Shown here: piece by piece, positions 29,096-39,260 of the stretch | Numbering within the stretch: position 1 is the first letter of the stretch | Layout: every line of letters starts with the position of its first letter | Assembly (NCBI GenBank): GCA_963932905.1 | Contig: CAWVRN010000014.1 | Span: forward strand, 32,001-96,000 | Reading direction: 5' to 3' | DNA length: 64,000 nucleotides | DNA from: an uncultured Bdellovibrio sp. | Lineage (GTDB): Bacteria > Bdellovibrionota > Bdellovibrionia > Bdellovibrionales > Bdellovibrionaceae | Program-made: the position numbers and the translations under genes | Notes under the pieces: generated by a model | Database searches by the model: none | What the model was told of the DNA's origin: nothing | Seen by the model: only the letters and a program-made list of their open reading frames with translations

Positions 29096-30253
29096 TTAAG
29101 AAAGCTCCATTTTTGCTATCGTATTCAATTGCATATTGCTTGTGCCTTCATAGATTTGTCCAATTTTGGAATCCCGCCAGAATTTTTCAACAGGGTATTC
29201 TTTTGTGAAGCCATTGCCGCCGAATAAATCAATTGCCATGGAAGTAATTTTCTCGGCAGCACGCGATGAATATAATTTGGCCATAGCCGCAGATTCAACA
29301 AAATCTTGTCCTGAATCTTTTAAGCGGGCGGCGTTGTACACCATTAGGCGAGCAGCCTCTAAAGATAAACGCATTTCAGCCAATTGAAATTGAATTCCTT
29401 GAAAGTCGCTCAATTTTTTACCGAATTGTTCGCGAGTTTTGATATAATTTAAAGTCGCCTCATAAGCACCTTGTGCGATACCGACCATTTGAGCGCCGAT
29501 ACCGATACGACCTTCATTTAATGTTTCGATTGCGATTTTGTATCCTTTGCCTACTTCGCCAAGAATATTAGCTTCAGGAACTTCGCAGTTTTCAAATAGT
29601 AGTTCGCACGTTGAGCTTGCGCGAATTCCTAGTTTGTCTTCTTTTTTGCCAACTTTGAAACCCGGGAATGATTTTTCAACGATGAAGGCAGTGATGCCTT
29701 TATAGCCCTTGCTAAAATCTGTGTTCGCGAAACAGATGAAAACATTCGCGTGAGATGCGTTGGTGATCCAAAGCTTAGTTCCATTTAAAATCCACTTATC
29801 GCCTTTTTTTTCCGCTTTTAATTTTAAAGCAAATGCATCCGATCCGCTGCTGCTTTCAGAGAGTGCATAGGCACCTACCCACTCTGTCGCCATTTTTCTT
29901 AAATATTTTTCCTTTTGTGCTTCCGTGCCCCATTTTAAAAACGCGTTTGTCGTCAACGTATTTTGTACGTCAACAAGCACAGAAACAGACCCATCTACGC
30001 GGCCCAATTCTTCAACAGCTAAGCACGCCATTGTGAAAGTGGATCCTGTGCCACCATATTTTTCGGGAGTTTCGATACCCATTAAACCCATTTCAAATAG
30101 TTTTTTGATTAGGGATTCCGGCATTTGAGATTTTTCGTCCATTTCGGTTACTATTGGTTTGATTTCGCTTTCCGCGAATGTGCGGATCGCCTCTTTGAAA
30201 GCGTTTTCGTCATCTGACAAAGTAGTGATTGCGGGACGGGCATTCTCGTTCAT
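29096..30253 (-). CDS. Acyl-CoA dehydrogenase (short/branched-chain type)
   Basis: ALSESSSGSD, GTKLWITN, KLGIRAS, GRIGI, QIYEGTSNMQ. Confidence 0.95.
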   Translation of the reverse strand: MNENARPAITTLSDDENAFKEAIRTFAESEIKPIVTEMDEKSQMPESLIKKLFEMGLMGIETPEKYGGTGSTFTMACLAVEELGRVDGSVSVLVDVQNTLTTNAFLKWGTEAQKEKYLRKMATEWVGAYALSESSSGSDAFALKLKAEKKGDKWILNGTKLWITNASHANVFICFANTDFSKGYKGITAFIVEKSFPGFKVGKKEDKLGIRASSTCELLFENCEVPEANILGEVGKGYKIAIETLNEGRIGIGAQMVGIAQGAYEATLNYIKTREQFGKKLSDFQGIQFQLAEMRLSLEAARLMVYNAARLKDSGQDFVESAAMAKLYSSRAAEKITSMAIDLFGGNGFTKEYPVEKFWRDSKIGQIYEGTSNMQLNTIAKMELS

Positions 30254-30390
30254 GGATTCTCCTTAAAATGAATAAAGAAAAATCTACCGTAAAAAACAAC
30301 TATGTCAACCATGACTCACACGGTTGCAGACATCTATAAAATCAAGATTTCAAATGGACTTTCGGATCTATTTTCACTAAATTTGCATTT

Positions 30391-31074
30391 ATGGATGTAA
30401 TGCAATTTGGTGTAAATATATTTTTGATTTTCTTTCCTTTCCTTTTTGCTCTTTGTTTTCATGAGTACGCGCATGGTTGGGTTGCTAAATTAAAAGGCGA
30501 TAACACGGCGGAAATGATGGGTCGGTTAACTCTGAACCCGCTGGTACATATGGATATTGTGGGTACGTTGGTGCTGCCTTTGATTTCTATTTTTTCTATC
30601 TCTAGTGGAGGACCTTCATTTTTCTTCGGTTGGGCGAAACCTGTGCCAGTATCGACTCGTAATTTGAAAAATGTTAGAAATGATATGTTTTGGATCGCGT
30701 TGGCAGGTCCACTATCTAATTTATTGCTGGCTTCTATTGCGGCCGTTGTTTATGTGCTTGTGATTACGCGAGTTGATGTCAATACACAGGATGTAGTCAA
30801 AAAATTGTTTGTGTCCTTCTTGATTACAAATGCATCACTGGCGGTTTTTAATATGATCCCTTTGCATCCCCTAGATGGGGGGAAAGTACTGGCAAGATTT
30901 CTGCCAGCAAGTATTAATTATAAGTTAGAGCAAAATGAACACATCTCTGGCTACATTTTATTGTTCATTTTTATTTCTGGGATGGGTGCCGTTCTTTCTT
31001 ATCCTGTTCGCTGGATTGCTCAAGGGCTGCTTCAGCTAGCCTTTGCTATCTTTGGACCATCTAGCTTGTTATAG
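30391..31074 (+). CDS. Site-2 protease (M50) family protein
   Basis: HEYAH, GRLTLNP, AGPLSN, FNMIPLHPLDGG. Confidence 0.93.
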   Translation: MDVMQFGVNIFLIFFPFLFALCFHEYAHGWVAKLKGDNTAEMMGRLTLNPLVHMDIVGTLVLPLISIFSISSGGPSFFFGWAKPVPVSTRNLKNVRNDMFWIALAGPLSNLLLASIAAVVYVLVITRVDVNTQDVVKKLFVSFLITNASLAVFNMIPLHPLDGGKVLARFLPASINYKLEQNEHISGYILLFIFISGMGAVLSYPVRWIAQGLLQLAFAIFGPSSLL

Positions 31075-31101
31075 TATACAAAAAGTAAAATTAGGAAAAT
31101 T

Positions 31102-32127
31102 ATGTCAGATTCAGTATCAAACACAGTATCAAGTGCAGGTGAGAAAGTTAACGTTGTCAGCGGAGTGCGTGTCACTGGCGAACTTCATATTGGTAATTAT
31201 TGGGGGGCCGTTCGAAACTGGTTAGAACTGCAAGATAAATATCAATGCTTCTTTGGTATTATGGATTGGCATGGTCTGACGACCGCGTACAAGCGTTCAG
31301 ATGAAATTTTGCCACTGATGCGTGAAATGTACGCCGAGTTTTTAGCTTGGGGTGTGGATCCTGAAAAAGCGACCTTGTTTATTCAAAGTCATGTTCCAGA
31401 ACATTTGGAATTGTTTATGATTTTTGCAAACATCACGCCCATGGGTTGGTTAGAACGTGTGCCGACATGGAAAGATGCGGAGGAGGAGGCTAAGGCTTCG
31501 GACACGCATAATTTAGGTCGATTCGCCTACCCCGTTTTGCAAGCGGCTGACATTGCGGTCTACAACGGAGCTTTGGTTCCGGTAGGTCATGATCAAATTG
31601 CCCATTTAGAGCTAAGTCGCGAGATCGTGCGTCGTTTTAATCACATTTATAAAGCTAAGATTCGCGAGCCTAAACCGTTGTTGACACAAACGCCGACGTT
31701 GGTGGGACTTGATGGGCGTAAAATGTCTAAAAGTTATAACAATACTATCTTGTTAACTGAGAAAGATGAAAAGACGTTGAAAAAGAAAGTAAATATGATG
31801 TTAACTGACCCTCAAAGGGCGCGCCGCGAAAACCCAGGAAATCCTGAAGTTTGCCCGGTGTATTCTTTCCATAAATTATACTCAAGCGTTGAAGAACAAG
31901 AGTGGGTTGTTTCCGGTTGTACGACAGCGGGAATTGGCTGCGGCGATTGTAAAGCTAAGCTTGCATTTAATATGAATGCTAAAACCGAGATTCCAAGGCA
32001 GAAAAAAGCGGAATTAATGAGCAAACCTGATGATTTAAATCAACAAATTAAACAAAATTGTGAAAAGGCGCGACATTATGCGCAGAAAACGCTTGAAACA
32101 GTCAGACACCACATGAAATGGTTGTAG
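31102..32127 (+). CDS. trpS: Tryptophan--tRNA ligase
   Basis: HIGN, YPVLQAADI, VPVGHDQ, KMSKS. Confidence 0.97.
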   Translation: MSDSVSNTVSSAGEKVNVVSGVRVTGELHIGNYWGAVRNWLELQDKYQCFFGIMDWHGLTTAYKRSDEILPLMREMYAEFLAWGVDPEKATLFIQSHVPEHLELFMIFANITPMGWLERVPTWKDAEEEAKASDTHNLGRFAYPVLQAADIAVYNGALVPVGHDQIAHLELSREIVRRFNHIYKAKIREPKPLLTQTPTLVGLDGRKMSKSYNNTILLTEKDEKTLKKKVNMMLTDPQRARRENPGNPEVCPVYSFHKLYSSVEEQEWVVSGCTTAGIGCGDCKAKLAFNMNAKTEIPRQKKAELMSKPDDLNQQIKQNCEKARHYAQKTLETVRHHMKWL

Positions 32128-32128
32128 C

Positions 32129-33472
32129 ATGAGTGTTGTTGTACAGCTTTCCAAATTCGAAGGTCCTCTGGCGTTATTGTTATATCTTATCCGTAAAGAT
32201 GAGATGGACATTTTTGACATTAAAATTAATGAAATCACGACGCAGTATTTGGATTACATAAAATTAATGAAAGAACTAGATCTAGAAGTTGCTGGTGAAT
32301 TCGTCGCTATGGCGGCCACGCTAATTCAGATTAAGTCAAAAATGCTACTTCCGCAGTATGATGAAAAGGGCGAGATTATCGAATCGGAAGATCCTCGTAA
32401 GGAACTGGTTCAAAAGCTTCTTGAATACCAAAAGTATCAAGAAGCGGCTCGATTGTTATATGAACGCCCACTTGTTGGACGTGATATGTGGACACGGGGT
32501 GTGCGTTTAAATCTAGATGAACCATCAGAAGAAATCGAAGTGGAAGAAAACGGTTTGTTCCAAATGATCTCTTTGTATAGACAGATCATGCGTTCGGCTA
32601 AAAAACGTATCCATCAGGTGACTGCGAAGGCACAAAGTATCGCGAGTCGTATTTTAGAAATCAAAGATCTATTGACCGTAGGCAGTCGTAAAACATTGAA
32701 TGACCTAATAGGTGAAACAGAAAACCGCATGCGCCAAGTTTTAATCACTTTTTTAAGTGTGCTGGAATTAGCTAAGCTTGGATTTGTGGGATTATATCAA
32801 ACAGAAACATATGGCGATCTTTGGATTGATCTTAAAAAGCCAATTGAAAAAGATGTGGTATCGGCGGTTGAGGAGTACGGCTCTATCGATAACAAAGCCG
32901 ATAGCCTATTTGAAAAAGCGGAAGCTGATGCCGCAGCGGAAATCGTAGCGAGTGAAAGTGAAGACTTTGTGCTTGTCGATGCTGAAGATCGTTTGGAAGA
33001 AGACGAATCAGCACAATTATCTTTAGAAGATATGGCAACAGACGATGAGATTCTTCAGGCCGAAATGGAATTAGCTGGCGAAGTAGCTGAAGTAGCCATC
33101 GACACGGCCATTATCGACGAAGTTAAAGCCGATATTATAGACGATATGATTGCCGAAGAAACTGTGGCTGAAGGTGTGTTAGCTGAAGCGACTGAAGAAA
33201 GCGAAATCGCCGCTAGCGAGACAGAAGTGATTTCTGAAGTAGCGGAACAAATGGCGGAAAAGCCCGCACTGTTATCTGCGGATGAAATGACATCAATCGA
33301 AAGCGAAACCGCGGTAATGGTTGAAGATATCGCAACAGACGAAGAAATCCTTCAAGCAGAAGCAGAAGCAGAAGCAGAAATCGCAGACGCCGATGAAGCC
33401 GTAATGATAACTGAAGAGTCTAGCAATAATGATCATTCAGAATCTAACGGTGAACCGGAAGCTCAAGTTTAA
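32129..33472 (+). CDS. scpA: Segregation/condensation protein A with long acidic C-terminal tail
   Basis: FEGPLALLLYLI, AGEFVAMAATLIQIKSKMLLP, EDPR, TFLSVLEL. Confidence 0.95.
   Translation: MSVVVQLSKFEGPLALLLYLIRKDEMDIFDIKINEITTQYLDYIKLMKELDLEVAGEFVAMAATLIQIKSKMLLPQYDEKGEIIESEDPRKELVQKLLEYQKYQEAARLLYERPLVGRDMWTRGVRLNLDEPSEEIEVEENGLFQMISLYRQIMRSAKKRIHQVTAKAQSIASRILEIKDLLTVGSRKTLNDLIGETENRMRQVLITFLSVLELAKLGFVGLYQTETYGDLWIDLKKPIEKDVVSAVEEYGSIDNKADSLFEKAEADAAAEIVASESEDFVLVDAEDRLEEDESAQLSLEDMATDDEILQAEMELAGEVAEVAIDTAIIDEVKADIIDDMIAEETVAEGVLAEATEESEIAASETEVISEVAEQMAEKPALLSADEMTSIESETAVMVEDIATDEEILQAEAEAEAEIADADEAVMITEESSNNDHSESNGEPEAQV
33026..33379 (+). repeat. Duplicated ED(M/I)ATD(D/E)EILQAE motif and (GCAGAA)x4 inside the scpA tail
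   Basis: Copies start at 33026 and 33323; the tandem hexamer encodes AEAEAEAE. Confidence 0.8.
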
Positions 33473-33498
33473 TTTTTGATATTATTTAAGGAAATATA

Positions 33499-34920
33499 AT
33501 GGCTAAGAAAAAGAAATCGAAAAAAGTAGAAGAAATTGAAGTTGCAGCCGAAGTTCCGGTAGAAACGGACGTAACAGAGTTTCAACCTGAAGAAGCTCAT
33601 ACAGTAGCTGAAGTTTACACAGAGCAATCTGCGTTTAAAACTGAAGAGTTGGATGAAGCTCAGTCTTTATTTCAAGCGGATGCGCCTCCTATTGTTGATG
33701 AAAGCGAATTTGAAATCTTAGACACTGAAAATATGAAGCTAGATGACGAAGAACAATCTGTTGAAGAAGAAACTTTGGAAGCCTCCGAGGCTGTTGAAGG
33801 TGAAGATTTAGATGAATCAGAACTAGGTGATTTTGACTCAGCAGAAATTGAAGAGTTAGAGTTTGTTGAAGACGAGCAGCTAGAATCCATTGTTGAATCA
33901 GTATTATTTGCTACAGATAAACCAGTTACACTAAATGCCTTAAAAGTTATTTTTAAAGGTACCAACGTGAAAACTGATAAATTGCGTCGCACGATCGAAA
34001 AACTTTCAACTGGTTATGCGAGTGGAAATCGTGGCGTCTATATTGAAGAAGTTCAAGGTGGATACCAATTGCGTACTAAGTTAGACAATATGGCCTTCTT
34101 GCGCCGTACTTTAAAAGTAAAACCATTTAAATTGTCTGGGCCGGCTTTAGAAGTGTTAGCGATTGTCGCCTATAAACAGCCATTGATTAAACATGAAATT
34201 GACGAAATTCGCGGTGTAGAATCAGGTCACTTATTAAGAGCTTTGATGGAAAAAGGTATCGTAGCATTTGCGGGCAAGAGCGATCTTCCAGGTAAACCTA
34301 TGCAATATATCACTACGAAAAAATTCCTAGAAATTTTCGGTTTACGTAACTTGAAAGAGCTTCCAACGTTGAGTCAAATCGATGAATTGTTACCAGAAGG
34401 TATCAATGAAGATGATGAATTAAAAAATTCAAAATTAAGTTCGATCACAGATACAATGTCTCAGCAAATCACTGATGGTGCCTACTCCGATGGCGAAGAA
34501 GACTTGATGAAAATCACTGAACAATTGGGTGAAATCACAACGTCTTCCGATTTCTTTGAACAAGAAAAACAACGCCAAAAAGAAAAGAAAGAGTTTGAAA
34601 AAGCTCAAAATATTCGCGAAGCCCTTGAAGTTAACGAGCACGTTTCAACACGCGATTTGAATTGGTTGAAGAAGTACGATGAAGCATTAGCCGCAGGTAA
34701 AAAATCAATCGATGAAAAGCCAGCTGCTCAGCCGGTGGTAGTGTCTACCGAAGGATCTGAAGGTACTGAATTTGAAGTGATGGAAGCCTCTGAAGGTGAA
34801 TCAGATGAAATTGAGATCACTGATGAGGAAATGATTGTTGACGAGGATTCTGTAGATTTCGAAGAGGCGGAAGAAGAGCTTCCTTATGTGGCTACAGATG
34901 AAGAGGTTGAGGGAGTCTAG
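33499..34920 (+). CDS. scpB: SMC-Scp complex subunit ScpB with acidic N- and C-terminal extensions
   Basis: ESVLFA, GGYQLRT, ALEVLAIVAYKQP, EIRGV, FLEIFGL..L.ELP. Confidence 0.95.
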   Translation: MAKKKKSKKVEEIEVAAEVPVETDVTEFQPEEAHTVAEVYTEQSAFKTEELDEAQSLFQADAPPIVDESEFEILDTENMKLDDEEQSVEEETLEASEAVEGEDLDESELGDFDSAEIEELEFVEDEQLESIVESVLFATDKPVTLNALKVIFKGTNVKTDKLRRTIEKLSTGYASGNRGVYIEEVQGGYQLRTKLDNMAFLRRTLKVKPFKLSGPALEVLAIVAYKQPLIKHEIDEIRGVESGHLLRALMEKGIVAFAGKSDLPGKPMQYITTKKFLEIFGLRNLKELPTLSQIDELLPEGINEDDELKNSKLSSITDTMSQQITDGAYSDGEEDLMKITEQLGEITTSSDFFEQEKQRQKEKKEFEKAQNIREALEVNEHVSTRDLNWLKKYDEALAAGKKSIDEKPAAQPVVVSTEGSEGTEFEVMEASEGESDEIEITDEEMIVDEDSVDFEEAEEELPYVATDEEVEGV

Positions 34921-35027
34921 TCCCAGCAATTAAATTGTCTGATTGTCACTCACTGTCTCATTATTGGCCACTTGTTGCGAGTGGCTGAGTCTATAAGTCG
35001 ATTCTATTTAATTTAACCATTTAAAGA

Positions 35028-35043
35028 TGGAACATCAACTGCA
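35028..35043 (+). promoter_or_regulatory. sigma54-like -24/-12 promoter
   Basis: TGGAACATCAACTGCA (GG-N10-GC) just upstream of ATG 35056. Confidence 0.4.
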
Positions 35044-35055
35044 TCACTGGCACCC

Positions 35056-36504
35056 ATGGTGTTTTCCCGAAGAACGTTTAGTGCTCAAATGATGTTTGTG
35101 TTGGTGATAGCTTTTGTCATTCAAGCCCTATCACTCGGCCGAGTTCACGCTCTTGAAATCAATGTTCCTGAAATTGAATCCCGAGTTTCCGATCAATTTA
35201 TTTTAGAATCTATTTCAAAACTAGATGATTTTATTGAAGATATTCGAGCAAAAGAAAGTTTACGTGGTTACGAAAATGTCGGTTTTGCGACGGCAACTTT
35301 TGTTCAGCTAGGAACTGTTACCGGTATTATGCTAGACCAGTTTCTTTTCCGTAAGAAACTGGTCAGTGGCGCCGTCGATCAGGTAAAGAAAGTGTCAACA
35401 GCAGGGAAGGCTGGCAAATTACCTCTGGAATTAAGTGCAATGACTCGTCGCTGGTTTGTTGGGTCAAGTGCCATTAATATCGCTGCGGCAGGAAAAGAAA
35501 AAACGTTCTCGGTGCACGTAGATGATCTGGCCATTTTCCGCGAAATTTTATCAACTATCAGGCAAAAACAGGCTGGCCTATTATATCGAGTCTGGAGAAA
35601 TGCAGCTACGAACGATCCACGTTATCGCGAAAAACTGGTAAACATGGAAACGTTAGTACGTGAGAGTCGTCCTAGTTATAAAGCTATCTATGAACCTTGC
35701 TCGATGGATCCAAATGGTTATAAAACGAATGTGGCGATCGAAGTATACAGTAAAGGTTTGAAAGACTTTTTCTCTGTATTATTATTTACGCCCTCGGCGG
35801 TAACGAAGCAAGTGGATGCGGGTTTTATTTCACCAACATTAAAATCTTATATCAACCAAGAAGTACTGCCTATGGCACTACGTAAATGTTTTAATGTTTC
35901 ATCGGCCCCCTCAGATGAAACCACGTCGCAATTTAAGCAATTTGTCTTGCGTATTCCATTTTTAGGCGCCGGCGTGAACATGATTGAAGATATCGCTGGT
36001 GATGAACATCATCGATTTATTGCGCGGTTATTTGCGGTGGACACTGCCGCACGTTTTGTGGTTTTTGCGGCTGTGTTTTCAATTTATCGCTTTAAGGACG
36101 CATTTAGAAGTGCAACAAAAACAAATCCTAAGATCCCGGAATTTGCGAGTAAATTCAAAAATACTTGGCTGGGTGACACAATGAAAGCTGTAGAAACACT
36201 ATTTGCTAAAATTTCTCCAAATGTGGTTGCTCGAGTTGTTATCGTATCTCAGTTGGTAGTTAGTTCTTACTCTTTGTATGTCATCAAGAAGGAATATTCA
36301 GAAACGAAAGAAGAAGGTAAGAAACGTCGCCCGACGGACGAATTCAATAAATTAGCGAAAAAATATTTTCACGATCGCGCGATTGCGCAAATTCAAGACT
36401 TGAAAAAACTTTTATCTACAAAAGGTGCAGAAGCTAAAGATCGCGCTGAAATTGAAAAAGAAATTCGAAATTGGGAAATGTTAGAAGTTGAGTTTGCATC
36501 GTAG
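35056..36504 (+). CDS. Secreted/membrane hypothetical protein, mostly helical
   Basis: 482-aa ORF with signal peptide and several moderately hydrophobic helices. Confidence 0.75.
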   Translation: MVFSRRTFSAQMMFVLVIAFVIQALSLGRVHALEINVPEIESRVSDQFILESISKLDDFIEDIRAKESLRGYENVGFATATFVQLGTVTGIMLDQFLFRKKLVSGAVDQVKKVSTAGKAGKLPLELSAMTRRWFVGSSAINIAAAGKEKTFSVHVDDLAIFREILSTIRQKQAGLLYRVWRNAATNDPRYREKLVNMETLVRESRPSYKAIYEPCSMDPNGYKTNVAIEVYSKGLKDFFSVLLFTPSAVTKQVDAGFISPTLKSYINQEVLPMALRKCFNVSSAPSDETTSQFKQFVLRIPFLGAGVNMIEDIAGDEHHRFIARLFAVDTAARFVVFAAVFSIYRFKDAFRSATKTNPKIPEFASKFKNTWLGDTMKAVETLFAKISPNVVARVVIVSQLVVSSYSLYVIKKEYSETKEEGKKRRPTDEFNKLAKKYFHDRAIAQIQDLKKLLSTKGAEAKDRAEIEKEIRNWEMLEVEFAS

Positions 36505-36732
36505 ACTGTTAAATCAACGAACGGTCTAGTCTGTGGCACAGAAAATCGTCCAGCGACATAAGGACGTCATTAGCAGTGTTGGGGCTGGGATTTAGGACCA
36601 TCGGATAGTTTGAAGTCTCATAATGAGAAACTCCATTCTCTTTTTGGTAAGCTTAAATTCGATATCAGGATATATGACAATTAAGTATTACAATTTATTG
36701 AGATTTTAAGTAAAATAGAGGTAGAGGGGCCC

Positions 36733-37269
36733 GTGAAATTTCAAATTTATTTTATTCTTATTATTTCAAGTCTCGTTGTTTCATGCAGCAGTAGTAACAC
36801 TGGTTCGATGTTTGGCGATTACAAAGCAAGCACGTGCACCGGTGCAAATTGTTCAAGTGCAACTCCTGCCGCTGAGCCATCCATTGAGCGCGACGATAAT
36901 TCCGACGTTATCCTTGGTAAATATGACAATACACTAGAAGTTGCTGGTAAATGTCGCCTTAAAGATATTCCTGATAGTGAAATTTCAATTACAGTCACCG
37001 CTGAAGGTGGTTCGACGCGAACATTAGCTGATGGCTTTGTTCCTATAATAGGTAACACGTCGAGCTCGAATCGCATCGCAAAATGTGAAAAAGGGCGTTG
37101 GGCAATTGCTATCAGCGCCTGTAATAACTTGATGGGTGTAGCGGGTGCTCATCAAGTGGAATTCAATCTTAAAGGTAAAGATAAAAACAACAACACTGTG
37201 GCGATTTCAGATGGTAAAATTACAATGAATTTGATTCGTTCCGAAGACTGCGATCCTAGTGTCCAATAG
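36733..37269 (+). CDS. Cys-rich hypothetical lipoprotein
   Basis: GAGGGG SD; LVVSC lipobox; six further Cys. Confidence 0.8.
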   Translation: MKFQIYFILIISSLVVSCSSSNTGSMFGDYKASTCTGANCSSATPAAEPSIERDDNSDVILGKYDNTLEVAGKCRLKDIPDSEISITVTAEGGSTRTLADGFVPIIGNTSSSNRIAKCEKGRWAIAISACNNLMGVAGAHQVEFNLKGKDKNNNTVAISDGKITMNLIRSEDCDPSVQ

Positions 37270-38245
37270 AAGTATTACTATTCCATAGCGTTTCGTCAAA
37301 AGCCTTATTCGCGTTTTTAAAATTATTTAGATTCAAATTACGAATCGACTCGGGTGCGATAAAATGTGCTATGGAGTATTGTGTTTTTGGATCTAAAAAT
37401 GTCTGTCCTAAGCTGTTTTCGGTAAGTAATGCCTTAAGCTCTTTTGAATGTAATAGTAGACGCAAGAGGTCCATAGACAGTTTTCGATCTGGTGTATTGT
37501 TTGGAATGCTCAGTGAATAAGTAATTAAAAAGCTTGAGGTTGGATCAATGACATAGGCCTTTGAATTCATGGTAGCAAGTTGCAAAGTCGTTTCATACAG
37601 ATCGGATTTGCCGATATTTTGAGTCCAATATTTTTCAAGTTCAAAATTTTTATTAAACTGAAAAAAATGATTTCGATTTTTTTGATTCAGTAAAAACACG
37701 TGGTCTAGGTATACGGATTTCATAGCCTTTGTACTTGAAGGTTTTGTACCAGCCGCTGGTGATTTGCTTTGTTGGGGTGAGAAAACGTTAACAAACCAAG
37801 CAATAGGTAACGAATAAATTTGGTTCTCAAATTTTGTGGGCTGAAAATCTGAATGGACCGATTTAATAATATCGGAAGCCAGGGGTTCTATATTCTTGAT
37901 TCGATTGTCGTTAAATAATGGCTCAATGAACGCTTCGGGACATAGCACTAGAACTAGGTTTTTGTTAACGATGATCTCTGTTCGAAAGTCTTTGTAGGAC
38001 TTTCGAATGATAAGGTTTATTTGTGTGTGTGTTTCTTTTTCAATGTATTTAACTAAGCTTGGAAGCAAAATCCCATCTTGATGAACTAAGATGTCGATTT
38101 TTTTTGTTTCTTGATAATAGAAATTAATTTGTTTTTCCGGCGAGCTGCCGTGAAAGAAACCGATAAAGAACGTGATAATTAAAAAAGTCAGCCAAAGTAA
38201 ATATTCATATACTTTAGCTGACTGTACTTTTGAAATCAGACTCAA
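37256..38245 (-). CDS. Divergent solute-binding-protein-like (PotD-like fold) membrane-anchored protein
   Basis: N-terminal TM; L...IEKET..QIN and YSLPIAW echo PotD-type motifs; family call is weak. Confidence 0.55.
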   Translation of the reverse strand: MSLISKVQSAKVYEYLLWLTFLIITFFIGFFHGSSPEKQINFYYQETKKIDILVHQDGILLPSLVKYIEKETHTQINLIIRKSYKDFRTEIIVNKNLVLVLCPEAFIEPLFNDNRIKNIEPLASDIIKSVHSDFQPTKFENQIYSLPIAWFVNVFSPQQSKSPAAGTKPSSTKAMKSVYLDHVFLLNQKNRNHFFQFNKNFELEKYWTQNIGKSDLYETTLQLATMNSKAYVIDPTSSFLITYSLSIPNNTPDRKLSMDLLRLLLHSKELKALLTENSLGQTFLDPKTQYSIAHFIAPESIRNLNLNNFKNANKAFDETLWNSNTSIGH

Positions 38246-38248
38246 GGT

Positions 38249-39247
38249 TTAGAAAGTCTCATCGAACGACACAGCACCAGAGACTCCGATTTGGTATGCT
38301 GATACACGACGTTCAAAAAAGTTAGCTAATTCTTGCATGTCCTGAAGTTCCATAAAAGGGAACGGATTTTTCGTATTGAAACGTGGAGGAATGTGTAAAG
38401 CTTCCAAACGTTGATCGGCTACGAATTCTAGGTACTGACGCATATCTTTCAAAGAAAGACCGGCGATACCGTGACTCAAGATATCTTCAGCAAAGGTCAT
38501 TTCACATTCAATTGCTTCTTCAATCATTTGAACAACCATTTCGTTCATTTGATCGTTGAATAAACTAGGGTCTTCTTTGCGTGCGGTTAAGATCACTTCA
38601 TTCGCAAATTGGATATGCATGCTTTCGTCACGGAATACCCAATTAGTTCCCGATGCTAAACCAGCTAATAAGCCTTTTGAGCGTAAGAAATAAACGTACG
38701 CAAACGCCGCAAAGAAGAACAAGCCTTCAATGCATGAAGAGAAGCAGGCAAGATTCATCAAGAACTTACGCTGATCTTCTTTCGTAGAGATTTTGTCTAA
38801 TTTTTGGATTGAATCCATCCATTTGAAGCAAAACTCCGCTTTCTTTTTAATGGATGGAATGTTTTGAACCGCAGAGAATGCTAATTCGCGCTCTTTATGG
38901 TCGGGAATGTAATTATCCAAAAGAGTTAAGTAAAATTGTACGTGCAAAGACTCTTCATAAAGCTGACGACCTAAATAGAGACGCGCTTCTGGCGAGTTAA
39001 TATGTTTGTACAAATTCAAAACCAAGTTATTACCAACAATAGAATCACCCGTAGCAAAGAAGGCCACCAATCGGTGAATTAAGTGCTTTTCACTTGCTGT
39101 TAGTTTTGAATGCAAGTCAACTAGATCAGTAGAGAAATCAACTTCATCTACTGTCCAAGTGTTTTTGATTGCGTTCTTGTACATTTCAAAGAAGACCGGG
39201 TATTTCATCGGTCTTAATGTTAAGTCAAATCCTGGATCCAATATCAT
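38249..39247 (-). CDS. nrdB: Class I ribonucleotide reductase beta subunit
   Basis: FFATGD, EESLH..FY, IEGLFF, RDESMH, NFFERRVSAY. Confidence 0.96.
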   Translation of the reverse strand: MILDPGFDLTLRPMKYPVFFEMYKNAIKNTWTVDEVDFSTDLVDLHSKLTASEKHLIHRLVAFFATGDSIVGNNLVLNLYKHINSPEARLYLGRQLYEESLHVQFYLTLLDNYIPDHKERELAFSAVQNIPSIKKKAEFCFKWMDSIQKLDKISTKEDQRKFLMNLACFSSCIEGLFFFAAFAYVYFLRSKGLLAGLASGTNWVFRDESMHIQFANEVILTARKEDPSLFNDQMNEMVVQMIEEAIECEMTFAEDILSHGIAGLSLKDMRQYLEFVADQRLEALHIPPRFNTKNPFPFMELQDMQELANFFERRVSAYQIGVSGAVSFDETF

Positions 39248-39260
39248 AATAAACTCCTTT

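Noticed and set aside
34915..36598. GTCTAGTCCCAGC / GCTGGGATTTAGGAC as inverted ends around the 482-aa gene
   Set aside because: Short, gapped match with no target duplication or transposase
36505..36610. c-di-GMP or other riboswitch in this GC-richer spacer
   Set aside because: No conserved riboswitch core found on either strand
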